Shown in pieces: positions 36,613 to 47,981 of a DNA stretch of 64,000 nt (positions are counted from its first letter, which is position 1; each line of letters begins with the position of its first letter). The position numbers and the translations under genes are program-made. A model generated the notes under the pieces. It worked only from the letters and a program-made list of their open reading frames with translations, did not search any database and was not told the origin of the DNA. The DNA is taken from the NCBI GenBank assembly GCA_963828165.1, contig CAWHDR010000001.1, positions 1,107,543 to 1,171,542 of the forward strand, in the 5' to 3' direction. Source of the DNA: an uncultured Chloroflexia bacterium (GTDB lineage: Bacteria; Chloroflexota; Limnocylindria; Limnocylindrales; CSP1-4).

Positions 36613-39594
36613 ATGCAACTCGATCGCTTCACCCAGAAGGCCCAGGAAACCATCCTCGCCGCCCAGGCGACCGCCGAGCGGCTGCACAGCCCGGTCCTCG
36701 ACGCGGAGCATCTCCTCAGCGCGCTCGTCGACCCCGACGACGGCATCCCGGCCGAGACGCTTCGCCGGCTCGGCGTCGATCTGCCGGCGTTCCGCGGCGA
36801 GGTCGCGGCGGCGCTCGCGCGGCGCGCACGTATCGAGGGCGGCTCGCTCAGCCTGGACCCGCGCGCCAAGGGCGTCGTCGAGCGGGCGGAGGCGGAAGCC
36901 CGTCGCCTGTCCGACGACTACGTCTCGACGGAGCATCTGCTGCTCGGCGTCGCCGAGGCCGGCGGCGATGCCCAGGCCATCCTCGAGCGGCACAGCGCCG
37001 GCAAGGAAGCGCTCCTGCAGGCCCTGCAGAGTGTCCGGGGCGGGCAACGTGTCACCTCCCAGAACCCCGAGGGCACGTACGCAGCGCTCGAGAAGTACGG
37101 CCGCGACCTGACCGCCGAAGCGCGGGCCGGCAAGCTGGACCCCGTCATCGGGCGCGACGACGAGATCCGCCGCGTCATCCAGGTCCTCAGCCGGCGGACC
37201 AAGAACAACCCCGTCCTCATCGGGGATCCCGGCGTCGGCAAGACGGCCATCGCCGAGGGCCTCGCCCAGCGCATCGTGCGCGGCGACGTCCCAGAGGGGC
37301 TCAAGGACAAGCGCGTCGTCGGGCTGGACCTTGGCGCCCTCATCGCCGGGGCGAAGTTCCGAGGCGAATTCGAGGAGCGGCTCAAGGCCGTGCTCAAGGA
37401 GATCAAGGACTCGGACGGGCAGGTCGTGCTGTTCATCGACGAGCTCCACACGGTCGTCGGTGCCGGCGCCGCCGAGGGCGCCATGGACGCATCCAACCTG
37501 CTCAAGCCGATGCTCGCACGGGGCGAGCTGCACACGATCGGTGCGACCACCCTCGACGAATACCGCAAGTACATCGAGAAGGACGCCGCGCTCGAGCGCC
37601 GTTTCCAGCCGGTCCTCGTGGATCAGCCCACGGTCGAGGAGACCATCAGCATCCTGCGCGGGCTGCGCGAACGCTACGAGGTCCATCACGGGGTCCGCAT
37701 CACCGATTCCGCGCTCGTGGCCGCGGCGACCCTGTCCGATCGCTACATCACCGAGCGCTTCCTGCCCGACAAGGCGATCGACCTCGTCGACGAGGCGGCC
37801 TCGCGGCTGCGCATGGAGATCGACTCGATGCCGATCGAGCTCGACGAGCTCGAGCGCCGGCGCATCCAGCTCGAGATCGAGCGAGAGGCCCTGCGCAAGG
37901 AGACGGACGACGCGTCGAAGGCCCGCCTCGAGGCGCTCGAGAAGGAGCTGGCGGACCTGGAAGAGCAGGCCGGCGGCATGAAGCAGCGCTGGGAGGCCGA
38001 AAAGGCCGCGATCGCCGCCATCCGCACGACAAAGTCGGAGCTCGAGCAGCTCCAGGTTCGCATCGAGCAGGCGGAGCGGGAGGCTGACTTCGCGACGGCC
38101 GCCGAGCTCAAGTACGCCACCCAGAAGGAGCTCAACGACCGGCTCACCGAGGAGGAAGCGACGCTCGCCGCGCTGCAGGGCCCGGGGACGCTGCTCAAGG
38201 AAGAGGTCGGAGCGGACGACATCGCCCAGATCGTCGGGGCATGGACGGGCATCCCGGTCAGCCGCCTGCTGGAGGGCGAGACCGCCAAGCTCATCGAGAT
38301 GGAGGACCGCCTGCACCAGCGGGTGGTCGGTCAGGACGAGGCCATCCAGGCGGTTTCGGACGCCGTCCGCCGAGCCCGAGCCGGGCTCAAGGACCCGCGC
38401 CGGCCGATCGGCTCGTTCCTGTTCCTCGGCCCGACCGGTGTCGGCAAGACCGAGCTCGCCCGCGCACTTGCCGAGTTCCTGTTCGATGACGAGAACGCGA
38501 TGGTCCGCATCGACATGAGCGAATACATGGAGAAGTTCGCGGTCAGCCGCCTGCTCGGGGCACCCCCGGGCTACGTCGGCTACGAAGAAGGCGGCCAGCT
38601 GACCGAGGCGGTCCGCCGCCGGCCGTACCAGGTGATCCTGCTCGACGAGATCGAGAAGGCCCATCCGGACGTGTTCAACGTGCTTTTGCAGGTCCTCGAC
38701 GACGGCCGCCTGACCGACGGTCAGGGCCGCACGGTGAACTTCAAGAACACGGTCGTGATCATGACCAGCAACGTCGGCTCCGCGGCCATCGCCGCCACGA
38801 ACGCCAGGGCTGGTGACGCTGCCTACGAGCAGATGAAGCGAGATGTCACCGAAGCCCTGCGATCGCACTTCCGGCCGGAATTCCTCAACCGCGTGGACGA
38901 GGTCATCGTGTTCCACGCCCTCACCGACGAGGACCTCAGCGCGATCGTGGACCTGCTGCTCGCGGACCTGGGCCGACGGCTGGCCCAGCAGGACATCGAG
39001 CTGGAGCTGACCGCGGCCGCTCGTGCGCTGATCGTGCGCGAGGGCACCGATCCCGCGTTCGGGGCGCGCCCGCTCAAGCGGACGATCCAGCGACTCGTCG
39101 AGAACCAGCTGGCCCGCGCCCTCGTCGGCGGCGAGTTCCGGCCGGGCGACCGGGTGACGGCGGACGCGGACCTCACGTCGGGCACGCTCGTCTTCTCGAC
39201 CGAGGGCGCGACCGTGGTCGGCGAGGCCGGCCGCCGTGACGCCCGGCGCCGCGAGGACGACGACCTGGCCGCCGTCGGAGGGCGTGCAGGGCCGCCCGAA
39301 TTCGCGCCTGGATCTCCCGCCGACGCGCCCCAAGCGCGACGACGGCGAGCTGGTCAACTGACCCAAGCCGGCCAGCGGCGATCGGTCGGCATGCGCTTCG
39401 ACGTCGCCGCGGACGCGCCTGTCGCTCCTGCCCGATCCCCTGCCGGTCCCGGCCGATGTGATGATGCCCGTCGTCGTCGGCGGGTCGGACCTCAAGGCCG
39501 CCCGCGATGCCGCGTTCCGGCCGGCCCGGGCGACCCGCGGCGGTCCTCGTCCTGCTCTACCCGGACGCCGAGGGTGAGGCCCGCGTGGTCCTGA
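36613..39594 (+). CDS. clpB: Chaperone disaggregase ClpB (the ORF carries a ~130-codon atypical C-terminal run-on)
   Basis: Clp N repeats, NBD1 GDPGVGKTA, a long coiled-coil M-domain, NBD2 GPTGVGKTE, and the canonical end ...[21 protein letters not shown] near 39200. No stop follows until 39594. Confidence 0.9.
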   Translation: MQLDRFTQKAQETILAAQATAERLHSPVLDAEHLLSALVDPDDGIPAETLRRLGVDLPAFRGEVAAALARRARIEGGSLSLDPRAKGVVERAEAEARRLSDDYVSTEHLLLGVAEAGGDAQAILERHSAGKEALLQALQSVRGGQRVTSQNPEGTYAALEKYGRDLTAEARAGKLDPVIGRDDEIRRVIQVLSRRTKNNPVLIGDPGVGKTAIAEGLAQRIVRGDVPEGLKDKRVVGLDLGALIAGAKFRGEFEERLKAVLKEIKDSDGQVVLFIDELHTVVGAGAAEGAMDASNLLKPMLARGELHTIGATTLDEYRKYIEKDAALERRFQPVLVDQPTVEETISILRGLRERYEVHHGVRITDSALVAAATLSDRYITERFLPDKAIDLVDEAASRLRMEIDSMPIELDELERRRIQLEIEREALRKETDDASKARLEALEKELADLEEQAGGMKQRWEAEKAAIAAIRTTKSELEQLQVRIEQAEREADFATAAELKYATQKELNDRLTEEEATLAALQGPGTLLKEEVGADDIAQIVGAWTGIPVSRLLEGETAKLIEMEDRLHQRVVGQDEAIQAVSDAVRRARAGLKDPRRPIGSFLFLGPTGVGKTELARALAEFLFDDENAMVRIDMSEYMEKFAVSRLLGAPPGYVGYEEGGQLTEAVRRRPYQVILLDEIEKAHPDVFNVLLQVLDDGRLTDGQGRTVNFKNTVVIMTSNVGSAAIAATNARAGDAAYEQMKRDVTEALRSHFRPEFLNRVDEVIVFHALTDEDLSAIVDLLLADLGRRLAQQDIELELTAAARALIVREGTDPAFGARPLKRTIQRLVENQLARALVGGEFRPGDRVTADADLTSGTLVFSTEGATVVGEAGRRDARRREDDDLAAVGGRAGPPEFAPGSPADAPQARRRRAGQLTQAGQRRSVGMRFDVAADAPVAPARSPAGPGRCDDARRRRRVGPQGRPRCRVPAGPGDPRRSSSCSTRTPRVRPAWS

Positions 39595-40074
39595 TCGAAC
39601 GGACGACCGGTGACGGGCATCACTCGGGCGAGGTCAGCTTTCCCGGTGGCAAGTCGGAGCCCGAGGACGCTGATCCCGCCGCGACCGCCCTGCGCGAGGC
39701 GAACGAGGAGGTGGCCCTCGACGCCGACGCAGCCGGCGTTCGCGTCGTGGGCCTGCTGGATCGGATGTGGATCCCCGTGAGCGACTTCGACGTGACGCCC
39801 GTGGTCGCACTCGCGGAGCGCCCACCACGCTCTGGCGCCGTCCCCGTTCGAGGTGGCCAGGATCCTGGAGCCACACGTCGCCCGCTTCCTTCCCGACGCG
39901 CCGGTGACCATGGTCGAACGGACGATCCGGGAATGGCCTCTGCGTTACGGCACGTACGATCTGGACGGCCTGTCGGTGTGGGGCGCCACGGCACGCATCC
40001 TGAGCCAGCTCGGGGCGGTCCTCGCGCCCGTGGCCGCGGGACCGAGCAAAGACGGGGATCGACCGACGGCCTGA
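39507..40074 (+). pseudogene. NUDIX hydrolase (CoA pyrophosphatase-like), frameshifted
   Basis: The Nudix box GEVSFPGGKSEPEDADPAATALREANEE is in frame 0. The C-terminal part LAPSPFEVARILEPHVARFL...WGATARIL is in frame 1 (ORF 39853..40074). The junction is at about 39818-39832. Confidence 0.7.
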
Positions 40075-40246
40075 GAGGGCCCCGCATCCGATCGCCGGTA
40101 CGGCGGAACCACACGCCGACACATGGCGTCCAGACGGCGGCCCGACGGCACACTCGTGGTGACCGCTCCGGGACCTGCGGGACCGCCATGCGGCCCGCCC
40201 AAGCGGGCCGGTTCCCTCTGCTGGGGCCCGGCTGGGAGGTCGCGTC

Positions 40247-41772
40247 ATGCGCACGCCACTCCTGTTCCTGGCCGGGCTCTCCATCGTGGTCGCCGCTTGC
40301 GGCGGAACCAGTTCCGCGAGCCGGGGGGTCAGCCAGGCGTCCAGAGGATCCCGGGCATCACCAGCCGACCCTTGCGCCGTGGCCGGCGCCCGAAACGACG
40401 CCCTACGGCGGTGTCACGTACGACGATCCGGGTGTCAACCCGTACGTCGATCCCGACGAGGACCAGGTCTCGACCTTCGGCCTCGATGTCGACACCGCGA
40501 GCTACACGATCGCGCAACGCTACGTCGATGACGGCAATCGGCCCGATCCGGCCAGCGTCCGTGTCGAGGAATGGGTCAACGCCTTCGACCAGGGCTACGG
40601 CAGCCCGGACGACGACGCGTTCGCGATCGTGGCCGACGGCGGCCCCACTCCGTTCACCGAGGCCGATGAGGTGCTGCTGCGGATCGGCCTCCAGGCACGC
40701 GACGTGCGGGACCGGGCGCGCGAGGACGCCGCCCTCACCTTCGTCATCGACACGTCGGGCTCGATGGAACGCGAGGGCAGGCTCGAGCTCGTCAAGGATG
40801 CCCTGCGCCTGCTCGTCGAGGGGCTCGGCCGCAACGACAGCGTTGCCATCGTCACGTTCGGCGATGAAGCCCGCGTCCTGCTCGGCCCGACCCGGGCCAC
40901 GGAGGGCAACGAGATCCTCGGCGTCATCGAGCAGCTTCGGCCGGGCGGCTCCACGAACCTGGAGGCGGGTCTGCGGCTCGGGTACGACCTTGCCCGCGAG
41001 TCGCTGACGGAGAACGGCATCGACCGGGTCGTGCTGGCGTCGGATGGCGTCGCCAACGTCGGGTTGACCGATCCTGGATCGATCCTCGATGCGATCCGTC
41101 GTGATGCGGAGGCCGGCATCGAGCTCGTCTCCGTCGGCGTCGGGATGGGCAACTACAACGACACCCTGCTCGAGCAGCTGGCGAACCAGGGCGATGGCTT
41201 CTATGCCTACGTGAACGTCCTGGAGGAGGCCCGCCGGTTGTTCACCGAGGACCTGACCGGGCACGCTGCAGACGGTCGCGCTCGATGCGCGAGCGCAGGT
41301 CGAATTCGATCGCGACGTGGTCGCGGCGTACCGCCTCGTCGGATACGAGAACCGTGACATCCGTGACGACGATTTCACGGATGAGGAGGTGGAAGCGGGT
41401 GCGATCGGTGCCGGGCACGCCGTGACCGCGCTGTATGCGCTCCGGTTGCGCGAGGATGTCGGCCCCCAGGATCTCCTGGGGACCGTGCGGCTGCGCTGGT
41501 CCGATCCGGAGACCGATGCCGTCGACGAGCTCGTGCGCGAGGTTCGGACGAGCGATCTCGCCCGTTCGTTCGAGTCGAGCGCCCCGCACTTCCGGTTTGA
41601 TGCGATCGTCGCGGCGACCGCCGAGGTCCTTCGCGACAGCCCCTGGACAGAACGCCTGGATCTCGTCGCGGTCGCCGATGTGGCCGCGCGCGAGGCGCTG
41701 GGACTTCCCGAGACCGACGAGGTCCACGGGTTCCTCGACCTGCTGGACCGACTCGCCTCGATGGACGGCTGA
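40247..41772 (+). pseudogene. vWA-domain lipoprotein (YfbK-like), two frameshifts
   Basis: The lipoprotein signal MRTPLLFLAGLSIVVAAC is in frame 2. The body is in frame 0 (DVDTASYTIAQRY..., MIDAS FVIDTSGSM, SDGVANVG). The C-terminus is in frame 1 (TLQTVALDARAQVEFDRDVVAAYRLVGYENR...). Confidence 0.75.
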
Positions 41773-41818
41773 ACCTCGACACGGCCGGGCGGGGCGTCGT
41801 GGAGGAGCGGCGCCCCGC

Positions 41819-42289
41819 TCAGGCCGGCTCTCCAGCCTCCGGATCGGGGCGCGGCGGGCGACTGGGATCCGGTCGGAGCGCGCCCTCGGCCGGGCTGACG
41901 GGGCCCGCCGCGAGCTCGCGGGCACGACCCTCGACGATCCCCTTCATGGCGGCGTCATCGGCGTCCGCGAATTCGATCACGAACGCGCGCATCTCCGAAT
42001 GTTCCGTCCACGCGGCGTGCGGGATGTCAGCGGGCCACAGGACGGCCTCGCCGGCCGCGACCCTGGTCCGCTCGTCCCCGACGCCGACCCAGCCCCCGCC
42101 CTCGATGACGATCAGCCACGTCGTGTTCGGCACGGCATGCGGTTCCATCTGGGCGCCGCGCGCGAAGGCGAGCTCCGAGATCACGCCTCGTTCGTCGCTG
42201 TGGATGGGCTGACCGGTCACCCCGGACGTGCCGGCGGGACCATCCGGACGTCGATGGCCAACGCCGAAGCGGCGGATCTCGATCGGCAT
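41819..42289 (-). CDS. Cupin-domain protein
   Basis: 156 aa: ELAFARGAQMEPHAVPNTTWLIVIEGGGWVGVGDERTRVAAGEAVLWPADIPHAAW. Confidence 0.75.
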   Translation of the reverse strand: MPIEIRRFGVGHRRPDGPAGTSGVTGQPIHSDERGVISELAFARGAQMEPHAVPNTTWLIVIEGGGWVGVGDERTRVAAGEAVLWPADIPHAAWTEHSEMRAFVIEFADADDAAMKGIVEGRARELAAGPVSPAEGALRPDPSRPPRPDPEAGEPA

Positions 42290-42324
42290 CGCGTCCCTGA
42301 ACGCCGGCGCTCGATGCGCGCCGG

Positions 42325-42765
42325 TCAGCGCCGACGTCGACGCGGCGGCCGGCGACCGCCGCGTCGACGGATCGTGGCTTCCGGGTCCGCGAACTTCTGC
42401 TTCGTGTAGTAGCGCTGCCGGGCGAGCCGCTGCTCATGGGCGCGCAGCAGCGGCGGGAAGCGGACGAACCGGATCCAGACGAGCGTGCCAAGCCCGATGA
42501 CCGCGGTCGCGAGCACCAGGATGAAGTCGAAGATGAAGAGCGACTCGATCATCAACAAGGCGAAGGTGATCAGCCCGGTCCACCACAGCCACTCCCACAT
42601 GTCCACGAACGGGGCGTGCTTGTGGAGCGCCCGGGTGCGAACGTTGTAGAGGACGATGAGCACGATCAGCAGGATCCCGGAAGCGATCCACGTGGGGTGG
42701 AACAGGTCCGGGAACAGCTCGCTGGTGAACGACGTGAACAGGTACTCCCAGGGCGGCAGCGTCAC
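42325..42765 (-). CDS. Small membrane protein with an Arg-rich C-terminus
   Basis: 146 aa from the GTG at 42765, with GAGG upstream. Three hydrophobic helices (WIASGILLIVLIVLY, WEWLWWTGLITFALLMI, FILVLATAVIGLGTLVWI). Confidence 0.6.
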   Translation of the reverse strand: MTLPPWEYLFTSFTSELFPDLFHPTWIASGILLIVLIVLYNVRTRALHKHAPFVDMWEWLWWTGLITFALLMIESLFIFDFILVLATAVIGLGTLVWIRFVRFPPLLRAHEQRLARQRYYTKQKFADPEATIRRRGGRRPPRRRRR

Positions 42766-42955
42766 ATGGGACCTCGCGAGGGGTGGTGATCGGTCCGGCG
42801 AGGGACGGCACACGTGGCCGATGCCGCTCGACGGTCCCGGGAGTATGCCATGTCGGACGCTATACTTCGGCCGCGACGCGCCCGTGGTCCGCCCGCCCGC
42901 CCAGGACGGCGTGGAAGCAGCCGCTGCGTCGCTGTCGGATCCGCGTGGATGGAGG

Positions 42956-44512
42956 ATGCCCCGGTTGCGAGCCCTGCTGTCAGTCGCGAACCGGGAGGGG
43001 ATCGCCGCGCTCGCGCGGGACCTGCAGGGCCTCGACGTGGAGATCGTGGCCACCGACGGCACGCGCGAATTCCTGGCCGGTGAGGGCGTGGAGGTCGGCA
43101 GCGTGTCCGACCTCACGCAGGTGCCACCGCTCGTCGGTGGACAGGTCAAGACCTTCCACCCGGCCGTGTACGCAGGCATCCTCGCGCGGCGCGACGTGCC
43201 CGAGCAGCTGGCCGAGCTCGAGGCACAGGGCATCGGCCCGATCGACATCGTGGTCGTCAACGTCAAACCGTTCGCGCCGGAGGTCGGCGCGAAGCTCGTC
43301 GGACTCGACGAGGCCATCGAGATGATCGATGTCGGCGGTGCGGCGCTCCTCGGCGCAGCCGCACGCAACGCGGCCGGGGTGACGGCCGTCGCCGATCCGG
43401 CCCACTACCCGACGGTCGTCGAGGAGTTGCGGGCGCTCGGGCACACGAGCCCGGAGCTGCGGGCACGCCTGGCGGCCGAGGCGTTCAGCACGGTCGCGGC
43501 CTATCACGCCGAGATCGCCGCCTACCTCAACCAGATCTCCGGCAACGTCTTCCCGAGCCGGCTCGCGATGGTGCTCGAGAAGGTGGACGAGCTGCGCTAC
43601 GGCGAGAACCCGCACCAGCGAGCGGCGTTCTACCGCGAGACGACGCACCGCAGCGGCACCCTCGCCGATGCCGGCCAGCTCCAGGGCGGCCGCCCGTCGT
43701 TCAACAACCTGCTCGACCTCGATGCCGCGTATCGCATCGCCCGGGACTACACCGCCCCGACGGTCACGATCGTCAAGCACACGGACCCGGTCGGGCTGGC
43801 GTCGCACGAAGAGCTCGTCGAGGCCTACCGGCACGCGCTCGAGACCGATCCCGTCGCGTCCTTCGGCGGCATCGTCGGGGTGAACCGCGAGATGGATGGA
43901 GCGACCGCCCGCGAGATCGCGGCCAACTCGTACGAGGCGGTCGTCGCGCCGTCGTACAGCGCGGCTGCCCTCAAGATCCTGCAGGCCAAGGCCGGGCTGG
44001 AGATCCTCGCCGTGCCACCCGATCCCACGGAAGGCATGCGCGACTACGGCATCGCGAACCTGGACTTCAAACGCGTCGCGGGCGGCCTGCTGGTCGAGGA
44101 CCTCGACGACCTGGCGCTCGATCGCGGCAACCTGCAAGTCGTCACCCGCCGCCGACCGACGCTCGAGGAGCTCACCGACCTGCTGTTCGCGTGGCGCGCG
44201 GTGCGCCACGTGCGATCGAACGCGATCATCCTGGCCCGCAACGGCGCGACCGTGGGGATCGGCGCCGGCCAGGCGTCGCGGGGGGTGTCGGTCGAGATCG
44301 CGCTCCGGCGGGCCGGCGACCGGTCCAAGCTGGCCGTCATGGCCGCGGACGCGTACTTCCCGTTCCCGGACGGCATCCAGCTGGCGGCCTCGGCCGGCGT
44401 GACGGCGATCATCCAGCCCGGCGGCTCCATCCGCGACGAGATGGCGATCGAGGTCGCCGACCGCCATCATCTCGCGATGGTCTTCACCGGCCGGAGGCAT
44501 TTTCGACACTGA
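42956..44512 (+). CDS. purH: Bifunctional AICAR transformylase / IMP cyclohydrolase
   Basis: 518 aa from ATG 42956, with GGAGG upstream. MGS-like domain ([18 protein letters not shown]...GGQVKTFHP) and AICARFT domain ([28 protein letters not shown]). Uninterrupted. Confidence 0.95.
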   Translation: MPRLRALLSVANREGIAALARDLQGLDVEIVATDGTREFLAGEGVEVGSVSDLTQVPPLVGGQVKTFHPAVYAGILARRDVPEQLAELEAQGIGPIDIVVVNVKPFAPEVGAKLVGLDEAIEMIDVGGAALLGAAARNAAGVTAVADPAHYPTVVEELRALGHTSPELRARLAAEAFSTVAAYHAEIAAYLNQISGNVFPSRLAMVLEKVDELRYGENPHQRAAFYRETTHRSGTLADAGQLQGGRPSFNNLLDLDAAYRIARDYTAPTVTIVKHTDPVGLASHEELVEAYRHALETDPVASFGGIVGVNREMDGATAREIAANSYEAVVAPSYSAAALKILQAKAGLEILAVPPDPTEGMRDYGIANLDFKRVAGGLLVEDLDDLALDRGNLQVVTRRRPTLEELTDLLFAWRAVRHVRSNAIILARNGATVGIGAGQASRGVSVEIALRRAGDRSKLAVMAADAYFPFPDGIQLAASAGVTAIIQPGGSIRDEMAIEVADRHHLAMVFTGRRHFRH

Positions 44513-45495
44513 TGGAACAGCTGCTCGCGCTCGAGATGATCCGGGTCACGGAGGCGGCCGCCATCGAGTCCGCGCGCTTCATGGGTCGCGGCGAGCGCGA
44601 CGGCGCCGACGCGGCGGCCACCGAGGCGATGCGCAAGACGATGGACGAGATCGACTTCGCCGGACGGATCGTGATCGGCGAGGGCGAGCGTGACGAGGCC
44701 CCGATGCTGTACATCGGGGAGCGGGTCGGGCGCACCGGCGCGGACCGCGATGACGTGCCGCGCGTCGACATCGCGGTCGATCCGCTCGAGGGCACGAACC
44801 TCGTGGCGCACGGGCAGGCCGGTGCCATCACGGTCCTCGCCGCCTCGGAGGCGGGCGGCCTGACGCATGCCCCGGACACGTACATGGAGAAGCTGTGCGT
44901 CGGACCGGTCGTCGCCGGCAAGGTCGACATCCGCCACACGCCCACGGAGAACCTTCGTGCGATCGCCGACGCCCTCGGGCGAAAGGTCGGGGACATCACG
45001 ATCGTCATCCTGGAGCGACCGCGCCACGATGCGCTCATCAAGGAGGTCCGCGAGGCCGGCGCCCGGATCAAGCTCATCGGCGATGGTGACCTGTCGGCCG
45101 CCATCTCGTGCGCCGTGTCGGGGACCGGCGTCCACGCGGTCATGGGCATCGGGGGCGCGCCAGAGGGCGTCATCACCGCGGCGGCCCTGCGCTGCCTGGG
45201 CGGCGAGATCCAGGCCCGCTTCAGGTACCGCAGCGACGACGAGCGCGAACGAGGTGCGCGGATGGGCCACGGCGACGAGGACCGCGTGTACTCGACCGAA
45301 GACCTCGCCCCGGGGGAGAACCTCGTGTTCGCCGCGACCGGTGTCACCGCCGGCGACCTCCTGTCGGGTGTCCGCTTCTTCGGCGGCGGCGCGCGGACGC
45401 ACTCACTGGTGATGGCCTACCAGACCAAGCAGGTGCGCTTCGTCGACACGGTCCACATGTTCGATCGCGACAGCCCGCCGCGGGTCCGGCTCTGA
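44512..45495 (+). CDS. glpX: Class II fructose-1,6-bisphosphatase (GlpX type)
   Basis: 327 aa: [58 protein letters not shown]. The ATG overlaps the purH TGA by 1 nt. Uninterrupted. Confidence 0.9.
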   Translation: MEQLLALEMIRVTEAAAIESARFMGRGERDGADAAATEAMRKTMDEIDFAGRIVIGEGERDEAPMLYIGERVGRTGADRDDVPRVDIAVDPLEGTNLVAHGQAGAITVLAASEAGGLTHAPDTYMEKLCVGPVVAGKVDIRHTPTENLRAIADALGRKVGDITIVILERPRHDALIKEVREAGARIKLIGDGDLSAAISCAVSGTGVHAVMGIGGAPEGVITAAALRCLGGEIQARFRYRSDDERERGARMGHGDEDRVYSTEDLAPGENLVFAATGVTAGDLLSGVRFFGGGARTHSLVMAYQTKQVRFVDTVHMFDRDSPPRVRL

Positions 45496-45539
45496 CCCGA
45501 GCGGCACCCGCGAGCCGGCTCGGCGCGGCGCTGCCCGGC

Positions 45540-46575
45540 TTGGTGGCGTGCGCCATCGTCGCGCTGATTGCGCGGCTCATCGGGAACGCGCTGGCGCTGG
45601 GCCTCGAGACGCCGGTGGCGCTCGCCTTCGGACTCGTGATCGGCAGCGTCGCTCCGGTTCGGGCTGTCCTCCTGGCCGGGGCCGCGCCCGCCGCCCGGTT
45701 GGCTCTCCGGCTCGGGATCACGCTCCTCGGGGCCCGATTGACGCTCGACCAGTTGATCTCGACCGGTGGAGCCAGCCTGCTGGCCATCGTGCTGGTCGTC
45801 TCGGTCGCGCTGCTCCTGGGGACGTTCCTCGCGCGACGGCTCGGGCTGCGGCCGCCGCTGTCAGCGCTGATCACCGTGGGCATGGCGATCTGCGGCAACT
45901 CGGCGATCCTCGCGCTGTCACCGATCCTTCGCGCCCCACCTCGCGACACCGCCTATGCCGTGTCGACGATCACCCTGTTCGGACTCGTGGGCGTGCTGCT
46001 GCTGCCGTTCGTGGGGTCGCTCCTTGGATTGTCGGACGCGGCGTTCGGGATGTGGGCCGGCCTCGCGGTCAACGACACGGCCCAGGTGGTCGCGAGCGGG
46101 CTACGCGTTCTCGCCACCGGCCGGCGACGTGGCCACGGTCGTCAAGCTGACGCGCAACATCGCGATCCTGCCCGTGTTGCTCGGGGCGACCTGGCTCGCG
46201 GTTCGGGCGGCCACGGCCGATGCCTCGGCGGTGTCGGCTGGGTCGACCCCCCGGCTGGTCGCCCGCGCCGTGCCCTGGTTCGTGGTCGGGTTCGTGGTCG
46301 TCGCCGGGCTGCGCTCGGCAGGCCTGCTCGAGGGTGAGCTGTGGGGAGAATCGCTCGCCGAGCTGTTCCAGAGCGGTGCGACGGTCCTCATCCTGGTGGC
46401 GCTGGCGGGCGTCGGGATCTCGACCGATATCCGGGCGATGCTCGGGGTCGGTGCCCGGCCGTTCGTCCTCGGTGCCTCGATGTGGGTCGTCATCGGTCTG
46501 CTCGGGCTGGTCCTGGCGATGGTCCTCGTGGAACCGCCGAGCGGTGGTCTGACGGCCGTCTACCATGGGGGATAG
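45540..46575 (+). pseudogene. yeiH: YeiH/UPF0324-family membrane protein (putative sulfate exporter family), one frameshift
   Basis: The N-terminal two thirds are in frame 0 (…GMAICGNSAILA…GMWAGLAVNDTAQVVASG). The remainder is in frame 1 (YAFSPPAGDVATVVKLTRNIAILPVL…). The junction is at the GGG run 46098-46100. The start (TTG 45540 or GTG 45543) is uncertain. Confidence 0.75.
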
Positions 46576-46579
46576 CGCC

Positions 46580-47981
46580 ATGGACATCGAGATCATCCTC
46601 ACCCCCGGCCTGGGCAACGCGACCTACCTGCTCGCCTCGGACGGCGAGGCGATCGTGGTCGATCCGCCGCGTGACGCGTGGCGAGTCACAGCCGTCGCCG
46701 ACGCCAGGGGCTGGCGGCTGACCCACGTGGTCGAGACCCACGTCCACAACGACTACCTGTCGGGCGCGCTCGAGCTGCGAGCCGCACCGGCGCGCCGAGA
46801 TCGTCGCGCCGGCCCGCGGTCGCTACGCCTTCGAGCATCGGGGCGCGGACGAGGGCGACGCGGTCGAGGTCGGCGGTCTCCGGCTCGTCGCCCGGGCGAC
46901 ACCGGGACACACGCCGGACCATCTCGCCTGGGAGGTACGGGCGGACGGAGCGGCCGACCCATCGGCCGTGCTGACCGGCGGCAGCCTGCTTGTGGGGAGC
47001 GCCGGGCGGACGGACCTGCTGGGACGCCGACGCGACGGAGGATCTGACGCGCGCGCAATTCGCCTCGCTCCAGCAGCTGGCGACGCTGCCCGACGACGTG
47101 GCGGTGCTGCCCACCCACGGACGCTGGCAGCTTCTGCGCGGCGGGGCCCGTCCACGGCGGCCGCACCTCCACGATGGGCGCTGAGCGGCGGATGAACCCG
47201 CTGCTGTCGGCATCCGACGAGACGTCGTTCCGCGTCGAGCTGCTCGGAGGCCTCGGGGCCTACCCGACCTACTACGACGCGATGGCTCCGATCAACCGGG
47301 CCGGACCAGCCGTCCTCGGCCGGCCGGCCCTGCCACCGCGGCTCGACGTTGCCGGGTTCGCCGCGGCCGTCAGCGCCGGGGCCCATGTCGTCGACGGCCG
47401 ACCACGCGCCGAGTTCGCAGCCGGCCACCTGCCGGGCTCGATCAACATCGAGCTGACCGACACCTTCGCCTCGTACGTCGGCTGGTTCGTTCCGTTCGGG
47501 GCGGCGGTGGCGCTTGTGCTCCCGGAGCCGCACAGGGAGGCACTCGAGGAGGCGACCGTCCAGCTGTTCCGGATCGGCTATGACCGGGTCGTGGGGGCAT
47601 TGACCGGCGGCCTGGCCGCCTGGGCGGCATCCGGTGCCCGGATCGAGACCTACCCCACGACCACGATCGAGGCACTTCACGAGCAGGCGCTCGCCGGGCG
47701 GAACGCGTATGCCCTCGACGTCCGGGATCCCCACGAGTGGCGCGAGGACGGCGGCGTGCCGGGTGCGATCCGGATCCCGCTCGGCGACCTGTCGGAGCGG
47801 CTCGCCACGATCCCCCGCGACGCGCCGGTGACCGTCATGTGCAAGTCCGGTGCGCGCGCGTCGATCGCCGCCAGCCTGCTTGATGCTGCCGGTCTCGACG
47901 TGCGGCTCATCGACCAGGGCGGCGCACCCGACTGGCCCGCGACGAGCCCGCGCCGAGGCGGCGGACGCCACCCGTCGGTGA
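46580..47981 (+). pseudogene. MBL-fold hydrolase fused to rhodanese (persulfide-dioxygenase-like), four frameshifts
   Basis: Fragments in frames 2, 0, 1, 2, 0 read continuously: …ETHVHNDYLSGALELRAA | AEIVAPARGRYAFEH…ATPGHTPDHLAW…GRTDLLG | ADATEDLTRAQF…LPTHG | AGSFCAAGP… rhodanese VMCKSGARAS …GGAPDWPATSP | AEAADATRR-stop. Confidence 0.75.

Noticed and set aside
36514-39495. 993-aa ORF on the minus strand covering all of clpB.
   Set aside because: It is an antisense shadow ORF typical of high-GC DNA, with Arg/Gly/Asp/Leu-rich composition and no motifs. The plus strand encodes an unmistakable ClpB with both Walker sets.
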